Positions 9,014-19,993 of a DNA stretch of 64,000 bases are shown one piece after another. The stretch comes from Halarcobacter sp. Its GTDB lineage: Bacteria > Campylobacterota > Campylobacteria > Campylobacterales > Arcobacteraceae. Position 1 is the first letter of the stretch. The number at the start of each line of letters is the position of its first letter. The stretch is taken from assembly GCA_048571215.1 (NCBI GenBank), contig CP182352.1, positions 3,040,001 through 3,104,000 of the forward strand, given 5' to 3'. The notes beneath the pieces were generated by a model. That model saw nothing but the letters and a program-made list of their open reading frames with translations. It was not told the DNA's origin and did no database searches. A program made the translations under genes and the position numbers.

Positions 9014-9685
9014 TTATATTTTATTACTAATTAGCTTATATCCCACACCTCTAATATTTACTATCATTGCACTTTTTAGTTTTTTTTGAAGCTTATGTAT
9101 CATACTTCTCATACTAACAGCTTCTACCTCTTTGTTATCCCAAACATATTCATGTATCATCTGAGTAGTTACAGTTTTATCGATATTATTAATAAATAAT
9201 GTTAATAAAAGTTTTTCTTTTGATGTAAGCTCTATTTCATGCTCATGCTTATAAAGATTTTGTTCACTCATTTTAAATCTAAAACCATTTCCAAGCTCTA
9301 TTATATCTTTGTCTAAATCATTGTTTAATAGTGTTTTGATGTGATATTTTATATGTAAAATCAACTCTTCAAGCTCAAAGGGTTTTTTTAGGTAATCATT
9401 ACATCCTAAATCATAAGCTTTTGAGATATTGTCCATATCAAGTTGGGCACTAACAATTATCACAGGTAAGTTTTCATTCTCTTTTCTAATTTGTTCTAAT
9501 ACCTCATGTCCATTAAAACCTGGAACATTGATATCAAGTATATATAAATCATATCTATTATTTAAAATATGAGTCATCGCCTCGTATCCATCTTTTACAC
9601 TATGAATAAAAAAACCTCTCTCCTCTAAAGCATTAGTAATAAGTCTATTTAGTGAAAAGTCATCTTCTAACAAAAATATCTTCAT
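9014..9685 (-). CDS. OmpR-family response regulator
   Basis: LLEDD, ILDINVP, YLKKPF and a winged helix ending NIRGVGY. Confidence 0.92.
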   Translation of the reverse strand: MKIFLLEDDFSLNRLITNALEERGFFIHSVKDGYEAMTHILNNRYDLYILDINVPGFNGHEVLEQIRKENENLPVIIVSAQLDMDNISKAYDLGCNDYLKKPFELEELILHIKYHIKTLLNNDLDKDIIELGNGFRFKMSEQNLYKHEHEIELTSKEKLLLTLFINNIDKTVTTQMIHEYVWDNKEVEAVSMRSMIHKLQKKLKSAMIVNIRGVGYKLISNKI

Positions 9686-10740
9686 ATATCACTCTTTACA
9701 ACAGAATCAATAAAAAAAGTAAAACAACTTCCCTCATTTTTTTTACTTTTTACATCTATTTTTATCTCATATTTATCACAAATCTCTTTTACAATATTTA
9801 AACCTAAGCCTAGTCCCATTTTTTTATTTGATTGCTGATAATAGGCATCAAAAATCTTATCAACATTTTCCATACCTATACCAAAATCTTCTATTGTAAT
9901 AACTGCCTTTCCATCTTCCAGACCAAAATATATAATAATTTCAGATGACTCTTTACTATATTTTATTGCATTACTAATTGTATTATCAATAATTCTTTCA
10001 AACTCATAGGCATTTATAAAAATATTTAAATCATCACTATACTCTAAAATTATATGGATATCTTTTGTATTTGCCAACTCATCAAAAAACTGAACCCTAG
10101 AACTAATAAAATCCAATAGATTAATCTGCTTAATTTTATATTCTCTATTCTCTTTTTTAATCTTATATGAAAGATCCCCATAAATTGAAGATAGGGTTTT
10201 AGTTGAAGCTTTTATAGCATTTATCTCATTTGACATCCCATTACGTTTTTCTAAAATCTCACTATTTAAAGAGATTATTGTAACAGGGGTATTCATCTCA
10301 TGCATAATCTTTTTTACAAACAAGTCTTGTTGTTCCAATAATTTGGCAATGGTGATTTTACTTTTATGTATCTCAAGTTGGGTTTTAACCCTAGCAATTA
10401 TCTCTTTTGGCTCAAAGGGTTTGGTAATATAATCAACTCCACCCTCTTCAAAAGCCCTTACTTTATCTTCTATACTATCCAAAGCAGAGATAAATATAAT
10501 AGGTATATCTTTTAATTCATCCTCTTTTTTTATAAGCCTACAAAGTTCATACCCATCCATTTTTGGCATTTTTATATCAAGAAGGATTAAATGGGGGATA
10601 TCTAGTTTTGCAGCATTTAAAGCCATACTTGCATCGGGTGTTGCTCTTATATCATATTCATCACAACTTAATACCTCATCTAGATATTTAAGGTTTTCAA
10701 TTTTGTCATCAACTACCAATATAGTATATTTTTTATCCAT
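9682..10740 (-). CDS. Cytoplasmic hybrid REC-histidine kinase
   Basis: N-terminal REC (VVDD, LLDIKMP, ITKPF), MHEMNTP H-box, NAIKY, DFGIG and GLGLGL. Confidence 0.9.
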   Translation of the reverse strand: MDKKYTILVVDDKIENLKYLDEVLSCDEYDIRATPDASMALNAAKLDIPHLILLDIKMPKMDGYELCRLIKKEDELKDIPIIFISALDSIEDKVRAFEEGGVDYITKPFEPKEIIARVKTQLEIHKSKITIAKLLEQQDLFVKKIMHEMNTPVTIISLNSEILEKRNGMSNEINAIKASTKTLSSIYGDLSYKIKKENREYKIKQINLLDFISSRVQFFDELANTKDIHIILEYSDDLNIFINAYEFERIIDNTISNAIKYSKESSEIIIYFGLEDGKAVITIEDFGIGMENVDKIFDAYYQQSNKKMGLGLGLNIVKEICDKYEIKIDVKSKKNEGSCFTFFIDSVVKSDI

Positions 10741-10810
10741 GTTTATCTTATCTTAGCCATTTATTTTAGTTATTATAACCTAAATTAATAGGAAAAAAAT
10801 ATATAGCTGT

Positions 10811-13441
10811 ATGAAACTTAAACAACTTTTTATACTTTTACTAATTGCAAACTCAATTGCACTAACAAGCGTAGTATTTATTTTAAGTGAATATCAAAAT
10901 GCCATAAAAAAACTAGAAGATGCCTATGCTATGCAACATAGGTCCCTAATCCTAGCAGACGAACTAAGACAAAGTAGCGATGATTTGACGAGAATGGCAA
11001 GAACCCATGTAATAACAGGCAAAGAGATGTTTAAAAAGCAGTTTCACACTGTACTTGATATTAGAAATGGGCTTAAACCTAGACCAAAAAACTATAATAG
11101 AATATATTGGGATTTTTACACCCTAAGCAACTCTAAACCTACACTAGATGGAAAGCAAATATCTCTTCGAAAACTTATGAAAAAAGCAGGCTTTCCCGAA
11201 GAGGAATTAGAACTTTTATATAAATCCCAACAGGAATCAGATGATTTAACAAATTTAGAAACAAAAGCTATGAATGCTATAAAAGGGATTTTTCAAGACA
11301 AAGATGGCAACTATACCATAAAAAAAGAGCCTGATTTTGCCCTAGCCAGACAGATTATGCATGGGGATGAGTACCATAAAGCAAAAATTGCCATAATGAA
11401 ACCTTTAAATGAGTTTTATAAAGCCTTTGAAACAAGAACAAAAAAAAGAGTAGATGAAGCCCATGAAACAGTAAAAAAAATGGAATCATATCTTAGTGTT
11501 TCTGTTTTAGTACTCATTTTACTATTTATCTTTTCTTTCATCTTTGTTATTCTTTATAGAATCATCCATCCAATAGAAACTTTAAACAAAGGGATGTTAA
11601 GTTTAGCCAAAAACAATATGGATATAACCCTTCCCCCAAAGGTTTTTATGGATGAGGTTAGTGAAATGATAGGGGCTGTTGAGGTTTTTAAAAATAATGC
11701 TATTGAACTTATGGCATCACAACAACAAAATAAAAGGCTTCTTGATTTGGCAGGTGAAGGGATTTTTGGTTTGGATGCAAAGGGAAGATTTATCTTTGTA
11801 AATCCAACAGCTTCAAAACTTCTAGGATATAGTTCTGAGGAATTAATAGGTAAATATATAAATAAAACTATTGGCAAACACCTTTTTGAAAAAGGTTCAC
11901 AACAAAAACAAAGACTAATGTTAGTTCATAAAGAGGAGCAAACTTTTATCTCAAAAGAGGGGAAAAAATTTCCTATTGATTATGTAAGTACTCCTATTTC
12001 TAATAATGAAAGTTCAGTATTAGAAGGTTCTGTAGTAGTATTTAGTGATATTACTAAAAGAAAACAAAATGAAAATGACCTAAAAAAAGCTACAATAGAA
12101 GCACAAAATGCCAATAGAACCAAATCTTTATTTCTAACAAATATGTCCCATGAGTTAAGAACACCTTTAAATGCAATCTTAGGTTTTACTTCCCTTCTGA
12201 AAAAATCTTCAAATATCTCAAGCTTGGAAAAAGAAAACCTACATACTATACACAATAGTGGAAACCACCTATTATCTCTTATAAATGAGATACTAGAATT
12301 TGCAAAAATTGAAGCAGGAAAAATCTCCATAAACAATCAAGAGATAAATCTTTATAAACTTTTAGAAGATATTGAATCTATGTTTAATAATAGATGCAAA
12401 GATAAAGGATTGGACTTTTCATTTAATATCGATGAAAATGTACCAAAATATGTTTTATGTGATGAAAAAAGAGTTAAACAAATCTTTATCAATATTTTAG
12501 GCAATGCTCTGAAATTTACACAAAAAGGGTCAATAAAAACTAATATACTCTATTTAAACAATAAACTTGATGTAACTATAACTGATAGTGGGATAGGGAT
12601 GAGTGAAGAGGAACAAAAACTTATATTTAAACCCTTTGAGCAACTAAGTCAATCCAAAGATAAATTTGAAGGAACTGGACTTGGTTTATCCATTACAAAA
12701 GAGTTAGTTGAAAAGATGGATGGAGTTATAAGTGTTGAAAGCAATAAAAATTTTGGTTCAACTTTTAATTTCAAAATCAAACTTCAAAGTATAGATAAAA
12801 TACAAGAAAATATACAACTTGAAAGTTTAAGCTTAAAAAAGATTGAGGGTTCAACAGAAAATATAAAAATCCTAGTAGCAGATGATACAAAAGTAAATAG
12901 AGATCTTTTAGTTCAAATACTAAATGGTTTTAATCTTAAGACATCAGAAGCAAATGATGGTGTAGAGGTTCTTCAAAAATGCAAAGATGAAAAGTTTGAT
13001 TTGATTTTTATGGATATATTGATGCCAAATCTTGATGGACTTGAAACAACTAAAAAATTAAAAGGGGATGAAGATTATAAAGATATCCCTATAGTTGCAA
13101 TTTCTGCCAATGTATTTGAGGATGATAAACAAAAAGCTTTTGCTGCAGGGGCTGATAAATTCTTAAGTAAACCCTTTGAGGAAAACGATATTATCCTAAC
13201 ATTAAAAGAGTTTTTAAGTTTAGAATTTGTTTATGAAAAATCTACTAAAGAGCAAGAGATTATCCTTGATAAAGAACTATCAAAACAAATAAATACTTAT
13301 GCTTCAAGACTTGATGGAATAAATATATTAAAACTTCTAGAGGAAAATCCTATTGATAATTTTACAAAAGAAAAAATCTCTACTTTAATAAAAGAGTATA
13401 AATTTGATGAATTGATCTCTTTATGTTCTAAAACCTTATAA
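10811..13441 (+). CDS. Membrane hybrid sensor kinase (periplasmic sensor, HAMP, PAS, HisKA, HATPase, REC)
   Basis: Two TM helices, MSHELRTPL, NALKFT, DSGIG, GTGLGL and a C-terminal REC (VADD, FMDILMP, SKPF). Confidence 0.9.
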   Translation: MKLKQLFILLLIANSIALTSVVFILSEYQNAIKKLEDAYAMQHRSLILADELRQSSDDLTRMARTHVITGKEMFKKQFHTVLDIRNGLKPRPKNYNRIYWDFYTLSNSKPTLDGKQISLRKLMKKAGFPEEELELLYKSQQESDDLTNLETKAMNAIKGIFQDKDGNYTIKKEPDFALARQIMHGDEYHKAKIAIMKPLNEFYKAFETRTKKRVDEAHETVKKMESYLSVSVLVLILLFIFSFIFVILYRIIHPIETLNKGMLSLAKNNMDITLPPKVFMDEVSEMIGAVEVFKNNAIELMASQQQNKRLLDLAGEGIFGLDAKGRFIFVNPTASKLLGYSSEELIGKYINKTIGKHLFEKGSQQKQRLMLVHKEEQTFISKEGKKFPIDYVSTPISNNESSVLEGSVVVFSDITKRKQNENDLKKATIEAQNANRTKSLFLTNMSHELRTPLNAILGFTSLLKKSSNISSLEKENLHTIHNSGNHLLSLINEILEFAKIEAGKISINNQEINLYKLLEDIESMFNNRCKDKGLDFSFNIDENVPKYVLCDEKRVKQIFINILGNALKFTQKGSIKTNILYLNNKLDVTITDSGIGMSEEEQKLIFKPFEQLSQSKDKFEGTGLGLSITKELVEKMDGVISVESNKNFGSTFNFKIKLQSIDKIQENIQLESLSLKKIEGSTENIKILVADDTKVNRDLLVQILNGFNLKTSEANDGVEVLQKCKDEKFDLIFMDILMPNLDGLETTKKLKGDEDYKDIPIVAISANVFEDDKQKAFAAGADKFLSKPFEENDIILTLKEFLSLEFVYEKSTKEQEIILDKELSKQINTYASRLDGINILKLLEENPIDNFTKEKISTLIKEYKFDELISLCSKTL

Positions 13442-13481
13442 TGTCTAGTTTCTATACAGTAAAAAAACTCTCTTAATAAAA

Positions 13482-13515
13482 AAGCAACACTAAAACAACA
13501 CTTCTTTTTTATACT
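13482..13515 (+). promoter_or_regulatory. 11-bp-spaced direct repeat (OmpR-type box) plus -10 of the urt operon
   Basis: CAACAC at 13485 and 13496, TATACT at 13510. Confidence 0.55.
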
Positions 13516-13546
13516 TCTTTAGTCTTAAATCTTACAAGGAGAAATT

Positions 13547-14827
13547 ATGAAGAAAATGTTGGCAAAATCATTGTCAATCGCTGCTTTAGTTGCAATGGGT
13601 ACACTTGCACAAGCTGCTGATACAATCAAAGTTGGTGTTTTACACTCACTATCTGGAACTATGGCTATTAGTGAAACAACACTAAAAGATACAGTTCTAA
13701 TGCTTATTGATGAGCAAAATAAAAGAGGTGGTGTTTTAGGGAAAAAACTAGAACCTGTAGTTGTAGATCCTGCTTCAAACTGGCCTTTATTTGCTGAAAA
13801 AATGAGAGGTTTATTAACACAAGATAAAGTTGATGTAACTTTCGGTTGTTGGACTTCTGTATCAAGAAAATCTGTTTTACCAGTTGTTGAAGAGTTAAAT
13901 GGTCTATTATTTTACCCTGTACAATATGAGGGTGAAGAATCTTCTAAAAATGTATTTTATACGGGTGCTGCACCAAACCAACAAGCAATTCCTGCTGTTG
14001 ATTACCTAATGAATGAAGTTGGTGTTAAAAGATGGGTTCTTGCTGGAACTGATTATGTTTATCCAAGAACAACAAACAAAATCTTAGAGGCATACTTAAA
14101 AGCTAAAGGTGTAAAAGCAAAAGATATTATGATTAACTATACTCCATTTGGTCACTCAGATTGGCAATCAATTGTATCTGATATCAAAAAATTTGGTTCT
14201 GCTGGTAAAAAAACAGCTGTTGTTTCAACTATCAATGGAGATGCTAATGTTCCTTTTTATAAAGAGTTAGGGAACCAAGGTATTAGTGCTGAAGATATTC
14301 CTGTAATAGCTTTCTCAGTTGGGGAAGAGGAGTTATCAGGTATCGATACTAAACCACTTGTTGGTCACCTTGCAGCATGGAACTATTTCCAAAGTGCAGA
14401 ATCTGATGCAAATGAAAAATTCATCGCTTCATGGAAAAAATTTATCAAAAATGATAAAAGAGTTACTAATGACCCAATGGAAGCTACATATATTGGATTT
14501 AACCTTTGGGTAAAAGCTGTTGAAAAAGCTGGAACTACAGATGTAGATAAAGTAAGAGAGGCAATCATTGGTTTATCTGTTCCAAACCTTACAGGTGGAA
14601 CTGCAACAATGTTAAAAAACCACCATATCACAAAACCTGTTTTAATTGGAGAGATTCAAGAAAACGGTCAATTTGAAACAGTATGGTCAACAGAAGAAGA
14701 GGTTGCAGGTGATGCTTGGTCTGATTTCTTACCATCATCAAAAGATGTAATTTCTGATTGGACTGCACCAATTAATTGTGGTAACTACAATACTGTAACT
14801 AAACAATGTTCAGGACAAAACTACTAA
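13547..14827 (+). CDS. urtA: Urea ABC transporter substrate-binding protein
   Basis: IKVGVLHSLSGTMAISE, DPASNWPLFAEK, FGCWTSVSRKSVLPV and signal peptide. Confidence 0.95.
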   Translation: MKKMLAKSLSIAALVAMGTLAQAADTIKVGVLHSLSGTMAISETTLKDTVLMLIDEQNKRGGVLGKKLEPVVVDPASNWPLFAEKMRGLLTQDKVDVTFGCWTSVSRKSVLPVVEELNGLLFYPVQYEGEESSKNVFYTGAAPNQQAIPAVDYLMNEVGVKRWVLAGTDYVYPRTTNKILEAYLKAKGVKAKDIMINYTPFGHSDWQSIVSDIKKFGSAGKKTAVVSTINGDANVPFYKELGNQGISAEDIPVIAFSVGEEELSGIDTKPLVGHLAAWNYFQSAESDANEKFIASWKKFIKNDKRVTNDPMEATYIGFNLWVKAVEKAGTTDVDKVREAIIGLSVPNLTGGTATMLKNHHITKPVLIGEIQENGQFETVWSTEEEVAGDAWSDFLPSSKDVISDWTAPINCGNYNTVTKQCSGQNY

Positions 14828-14830
14828 ATG

Positions 14831-14856
14831 TAAAAGAGAGTTAAACCTCTCTTTTA
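14831..14856 (+). terminator. Intra-operon hairpin after urtA (mRNA stabiliser or partial terminator)
   Basis: TAAAAGAGAG-TTAAAC-CTCTCTTTTA. Confidence 0.6.
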
Positions 14857-14879
14857 TAAATACTCGATTGGAAACTAAT

Positions 14880-16481
14880 ATGAAATCTACAATTATAAAA
14901 ATAATATTTCTTAATTTACTGCTTATAAGCTCTATTTTTGCAAATAGCCTTAAAGAAGATATAAACCAACTTAAAACAAATAGTTTAAAGAAAAAAGCAC
15001 AAGTTGTAAAAAGTTTATATGAGAACTATCCCCAAGAAGATAAACTAAATCTTTTATTATCAAAAATGGTTACAAGTGACCTTTATTATAAAGAAAGTGA
15101 TGGAACTTTTTTAATAATCACAAAAAAAGAGGGGGAAAACTACCATACAGTACAACTATTTGATGAAACAAAAGAGGAAGTTATAAATAAAAAAGAGCTA
15201 GACAAAGTAAAAACTAACAATAAATTAAGAAGTATTATCAAAGGTATATTAGCTCAAATGAATCTATTTTCAAAAAAATATGAGATTAGATTAAAATCAG
15301 CAAAAAATATTTTAGCTAATGTAACAAAAGATGATGAAGCACTCTTAGAAAAAGCCCTAAAACTTGAAACAAATGCGAAAATAAGAGAGGTCTTACTTGA
15401 AGCAAAAACGATTTTAGATGCAAAAACAAAAAGTGGATTTGAACAAATCAAAGCAGTATCTGCCCTAGGAGAGTTTATCTCATCTGATTCCCTAGCAACC
15501 CTAAAAAAAATAGAAACTACAACAGATAATAAAGAGTTAAAAGAGCTTGCAAAAAAATCTATTAGCCAAGTTGAGAGTTCTAGATCATTTTATTCATTTA
15601 TTGAAACAGCATTTTTTGGTCTTAGTATGGGATCTGTTTTATTACTTGCGGCAATAGGACTTGCAATAACCTTTGGAGTTATGAAAGTTATCAATATGGC
15701 ACATGGGGAGATGATGATGATTGGAGCATATACAACTTATACCTTGCAACAAGTTATGCCAAATCTAATTGAGTATTCAATCCTTATAGCAATCCCTGTT
15801 GCCTTTATAGTAAGTGGTATTGTAGGGATTATAATAGAAAGGTTAGTTATAAGACACCTATATGGAAGACCTTTAGAAACCTTACTTGCTACCTTTGGGA
15901 TAAGTTTAATTTTACAACAATTAGTAAGAACAATCTATTCACCTTTAAATCAAGAGGTTAAAACTCCATCTTGGATGAGTGGAGCTTGGGAGATAAATAG
16001 TGCCTTGTCTTTAACATACAATAGGCTTTATATTATCATTTTTGCCATACTTGTTTTTGTGGGAATATTACTTATTTTAAATAAAACTTCACTGGGATTA
16101 AAGGTTCGTGCGGTAACACAAAATAGACAAATGGCACAAGCTATGGGGATAAAAACCTCTTTAATAGATGCTATGACTTTTGGTATTGGTTCAGGGATCG
16201 CTGGTATTGCAGGGGTTGCCTTATCACAACTTACAAATGTGGGACCAAATTTAGGACAGGCATATATTGTAGATAGTTTTATGGTTGTAGTATTTGGGGG
16301 AGTTGGTAACCTTTGGGGTACACTAATAGCAGCATTTACCCTTGGTGAAATAAATAAATTTATAGAGCCAGTTGCGGGTGCTGTATTAGCAAAAGTGATT
16401 ATCTTAGTATTTATAATTTTATTTATTCAAAAAAGACCTAGAGGATTATTTCCTCAAAAAGGTCGAGATGCACAGGATTAA
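14880..16481 (+). CDS. urtB: Urea ABC transporter permease with N-terminal periplasmic extension
   Basis: GLAITFGVMKVINMAHGE, YGRPLETLLATFG and QKRPRGLF. ATG 14880 chosen over TTG 14868. Confidence 0.93.
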   Translation: MKSTIIKIIFLNLLLISSIFANSLKEDINQLKTNSLKKKAQVVKSLYENYPQEDKLNLLLSKMVTSDLYYKESDGTFLIITKKEGENYHTVQLFDETKEEVINKKELDKVKTNNKLRSIIKGILAQMNLFSKKYEIRLKSAKNILANVTKDDEALLEKALKLETNAKIREVLLEAKTILDAKTKSGFEQIKAVSALGEFISSDSLATLKKIETTTDNKELKELAKKSISQVESSRSFYSFIETAFFGLSMGSVLLLAAIGLAITFGVMKVINMAHGEMMMIGAYTTYTLQQVMPNLIEYSILIAIPVAFIVSGIVGIIIERLVIRHLYGRPLETLLATFGISLILQQLVRTIYSPLNQEVKTPSWMSGAWEINSALSLTYNRLYIIIFAILVFVGILLILNKTSLGLKVRAVTQNRQMAQAMGIKTSLIDAMTFGIGSGIAGIAGVALSQLTNVGPNLGQAYIVDSFMVVVFGGVGNLWGTLIAAFTLGEINKFIEPVAGAVLAKVIILVFIILFIQKRPRGLFPQKGRDAQD

Positions 16482-16484
16482 AAG

Positions 16485-17636
16485 ATGACAAAAACAGAAA
16501 ATACAAATAAAAGAAAACCTATACTTCTAAAAATTTTAGAAAATGATCGTGGAGGTAAAATAGTATTATCTATACTATTTGTTGTAGTACTTTATGTATC
16601 TATAGCAAATCTATTTTTCCCACCAGATTCTATTCTTTATGTTTCAACATATACAGTAACTCTACTTGGGAAGTATCTAGCCTTTGCTTTACTTGCCCTA
16701 GCACTTGATTTAGTTTGGGGATACATTGGGATACTAAGTCTGGGACATGGGGCATTTTTTGCCCTTGGTGGATATGCTTTTGCTATGTACCTTATGAGAC
16801 AAATTGGAGATAGAGGAGTTTATGGAAACCCTGATTTGCCTGACTTTATGGTTTTTATGAACCTAAAAGAACTACCTTGGTTTTGGTATGGTTTTGATAA
16901 CCCTTTATTTACTATGTTTATGGTGGCTTTAGTTCCTGCATTTTTAGCTTTTGTTTTTGGTTATTTAGCATTTAGATCTAGAGTTACAGGGGTTTACTTA
17001 TCTATCATAACCCAAGCTATGACCTATGCTTTGATGTTAGCATTTTTTAGAAATGATATGGGTTTTGGTGGGAATAATGGCTTAACAGATTTTAAAGATG
17101 TTCTTGGTTTTGATTTACAAGCAGACTCAACAAGAATTGCCCTTTTGATTATCTCATTTTTAGCTTTATTTGCAGGGTATTTAATTGCAAGATTTATTAT
17201 AAACTCTAGACTTGGTCGTGTTTGTATAGCTATTAGAGATGCAGAGAGTAGAACTAGATTTATAGGTTATAGGGTTGAACAATACAAACTATTTATTTTT
17301 GTGGTATCTGCTATATTAGCAGGAATTGCAGGGGCACTTTATGTTCCACAAGTGGGAATTATAAACCCAGGTGTTTTTTCACCACTATTTTCAATTGAGC
17401 TTGTTATTTGGGTAGCAATTGGAGGGCGAGGAACCTTATATGGAGCAATTGTTGGAGCTTTTATAGTAAATTATGCAAGTACTTATTTTACTTCCGCTCT
17501 TCCAGAAGTTTGGTTATATGCTTTAGGTGGATTATTTGTTGTGGTAACCCTATTTTTGCCACGTGGTGTAGTGGGATTAATCTCTAAAATAAAACTAACA
17601 AAACAAAACAAAGAGGTTCAAAATGCAGCTGCTTAA
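16485..17636 (+). CDS. urtC: Urea ABC transporter permease
   Basis: LDLVWGYIGILSLGHGAFF, LPDFM and FGGNNGLTDFK. Confidence 0.93.
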   Translation: MTKTENTNKRKPILLKILENDRGGKIVLSILFVVVLYVSIANLFFPPDSILYVSTYTVTLLGKYLAFALLALALDLVWGYIGILSLGHGAFFALGGYAFAMYLMRQIGDRGVYGNPDLPDFMVFMNLKELPWFWYGFDNPLFTMFMVALVPAFLAFVFGYLAFRSRVTGVYLSIITQAMTYALMLAFFRNDMGFGGNNGLTDFKDVLGFDLQADSTRIALLIISFLALFAGYLIARFIINSRLGRVCIAIRDAESRTRFIGYRVEQYKLFIFVVSAILAGIAGALYVPQVGIINPGVFSPLFSIELVIWVAIGGRGTLYGAIVGAFIVNYASTYFTSALPEVWLYALGGLFVVVTLFLPRGVVGLISKIKLTKQNKEVQNAAA

Positions 17637-18411
17637 ACATGAAAATGAAAAAAATATTGGAACACTTAAAAAAGGTGACCGAATACTTTATCTAGATGAT
17701 GTTACTGTTAGTTTTGATGGGTTTAAAGCTTTAAACTCCCTATCTTTAACAATAGAATATGAAGAGTTAAGATGTATAATTGGTGCAAATGGTGCAGGGA
17801 AATCTACTATGATGGATGTTATTACAGGGAAAACAAAACCAGATACAGGTCATGTAGTTTTTGGTAAAGCTGTTAATTTACTTCAAATGGATGAACCAAG
17901 TATTGCCCAAATTGGTATTGGAAGAAAGTTTCAAAAACCAACAGTTTTTGAGGGTCATAGTGTGTTTGAAAACCTTGAACTAGCAATGAAGGATGATAAA
18001 AGATTTTTTAAAACCCTATTTGCAAACTTAAGAGGGGAACAAAAAGATAAAATAGAACAAACCATGGAATTAATCGGACTAAAAGACAGCTACAAAGCCC
18101 ATGCAGGTATCTTATCCCATGGACAAAAACAATGGCTAGAAATAGGGATGCTTTTAATGCAAAGCCCAAAACTACTCCTTGTAGATGAACCAGTTGCAGG
18201 GATGACCCCAGGAGAAGTAGAAAAGACAGCAGAGATTTTAACTGATTTATCCAAATCACATAGTGTGGTTGTAGTTGAACACGATATGGAGTTTATTAGA
18301 AGTATTGCAAAAAAAGTAACTGTATTACATGAGGGTTCTGTTTTAGCAGAGGGATCTATGAAAGATGTTCAAGAAAACGAAAAAGTAAGAAAAGTTTACT
18401 TAGGAGAATAA
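17623..18411 (+). CDS. urtD: Urea ABC transporter ATP-binding protein
   Basis: GANGAGKS, GIGRKFQKPTVF, LSHGQKQWLEIGM and VYLG C-terminus. Confidence 0.93.
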   Translation: MQLLKHENEKNIGTLKKGDRILYLDDVTVSFDGFKALNSLSLTIEYEELRCIIGANGAGKSTMMDVITGKTKPDTGHVVFGKAVNLLQMDEPSIAQIGIGRKFQKPTVFEGHSVFENLELAMKDDKRFFKTLFANLRGEQKDKIEQTMELIGLKDSYKAHAGILSHGQKQWLEIGMLLMQSPKLLLVDEPVAGMTPGEVEKTAEILTDLSKSHSVVVVEHDMEFIRSIAKKVTVLHEGSVLAEGSMKDVQENEKVRKVYLGE

Positions 18412-18412
18412 T

Positions 18413-19108
18413 ATGTTAGAAATAAAAAATCTAAACCAATTTTATGGACAAAGTCATACTCTTTGGGATTTAAACCTTGAGATAAAACAAGGAAGATGTA
18501 CTTGTCTTATGGGAAGAAATGGGGTTGGTAAAACAACTTTAGCAAAAGCTATTATGGGATTACTTCCAATAAAAGATGGTGAGATTCTTTTTGAAAATAA
18601 AAATATAGCTAAACTTGGAAGTGAAAAAAGAGCAGGCTTAGGTATAGGTTATGTACCTCAAGGAAGAGAGATTTTTTCACAACTAAGTGTAAAAGAGAAT
18701 TTAGAGATAGGATTACTTGGAAATAGAAATGGTTTAAAGAAAGTTCCTGATAAAATATACGAACTATTTCCAGTTTTAAAAGATATGCTAAAAAGAAAAG
18801 GTGGTGACCTTTCAGGTGGTCAACAACAACAATTAGCAATAGGAAGAGCTTTATGTTTGGAGCCAAAACTTCTAATACTTGATGAACCAAGTGAAGGGAT
18901 TCAGCCTAATATTGTTCAACAAATTGGTGGAGTAATAGATTATTTAACAAAAGAGGAGAAGATTACTGTAATACTAGTTGAACAAAAACTACCATTTGCA
19001 AAAAAACATGGAGATGATTTCTATTTATTAGAGAGGGGAAATGTTGTTGCAAAAGGTGAAATTGAAGATTTAAGTGATGAAATAGTAGAACAATATCTAT
19101 CAGTATAA
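18413..19108 (+). CDS. urtE: Urea ABC transporter ATP-binding protein
   Basis: GRNGVGKT, YVPQGREIF, LSGGQQQQLAIGRAL and DEPSEGIQPNI. Confidence 0.93.
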   Translation: MLEIKNLNQFYGQSHTLWDLNLEIKQGRCTCLMGRNGVGKTTLAKAIMGLLPIKDGEILFENKNIAKLGSEKRAGLGIGYVPQGREIFSQLSVKENLEIGLLGNRNGLKKVPDKIYELFPVLKDMLKRKGGDLSGGQQQQLAIGRALCLEPKLLILDEPSEGIQPNIVQQIGGVIDYLTKEEKITVILVEQKLPFAKKHGDDFYLLERGNVVAKGEIEDLSDEIVEQYLSV

Positions 19109-19131
19109 AATATCTTATTTAATCTTTTTAA

Positions 19132-19161
19132 GATAAAGGAGTTAATAAAAACCCCTTTATC
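19132..19161. terminator. Probable bidirectional terminator between convergent genes
   Basis: GATAAAGGAGTT-N6-AACCCCTTTATC. Confidence 0.6.
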
Positions 19162-19170
19162 AAAATGGTT

Positions 19171-19977
19171 TTAAACTAAAACCATTTTAATTCCTACACA
19201 ACATAAAAAGATTGCAAAAGCAAGCTTTAGTTGTTTTACATTTAGTTTATATGCTAACTTCACCCCATAAGGTGCAAAAAACATTGTCATAGGTACAAGT
19301 ACTATAAAAGCTAACCAGTTAACATATCCAGTTGAGGCTAAAGGAAGATTCTCTACATTCCACCCAACAATAATATAACTTATTGTTGCAGGTATACTAA
19401 TAATAAGTCCAAACAATGAAGCTGTACTAACAGCTCTGTGAATTGGAAATGAAAATAGTGATAATAAAGGAACCATCAAAGTTCCTCCTCCAATTCCTAA
19501 TAATGAAGCAAAACCACCAAGAAGTGTGGCAAAAATAGATTGCCCAAATCTTCCTGGAAGAGACTCAGCTATTACAAGTTTCTTAAAACTACTAATAATC
19601 ATATTAAGAGATACAACTAGAAGTAAAATACCAAACATAAACTTTAAATTTGTTCCATCTATAAATTTAGATGAAAATGCTCCAATTAAAACTCCAAGAA
19701 TCACAAAGGGGATCCATTTTTTTGATAAATCCCAATCTATTCCACCTTTTTTATGGTGAGACCTTGCAGACATTATTGAAGTTACAACAATAGTTGATAA
19801 AGATGTACCAATAGCTAAAGGCATTGCAATTGAGATATCAATATTCATATAGATAAATATATGATAAAGCATAGGGACAATTACAATTCCTCCACCAACA
19901 CCAAGTAATCCTGCAAGCAAGCCAGCTACTACGCCACTTGCCAACAAAATTGGGACTAATACTAATAATTCATTCAT
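19171..19977 (-). CDS. TauE/SafE (TSUP) family permease
   Basis: AGLLGVGGGIVIVP and LLGIGGGTLMVP duplicated motifs, AIGTSL. Confidence 0.9.
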   Translation of the reverse strand: MNELLVLVPILLASGVVAGLLAGLLGVGGGIVIVPMLYHIFIYMNIDISIAMPLAIGTSLSTIVVTSIMSARSHHKKGGIDWDLSKKWIPFVILGVLIGAFSSKFIDGTNLKFMFGILLLVVSLNMIISSFKKLVIAESLPGRFGQSIFATLLGGFASLLGIGGGTLMVPLLSLFSFPIHRAVSTASLFGLIISIPATISYIIVGWNVENLPLASTGYVNWLAFIVLVPMTMFFAPYGVKLAYKLNVKQLKLAFAIFLCCVGIKMVLV

Positions 19978-19993
19978 AAAAATTTATCCTTAT

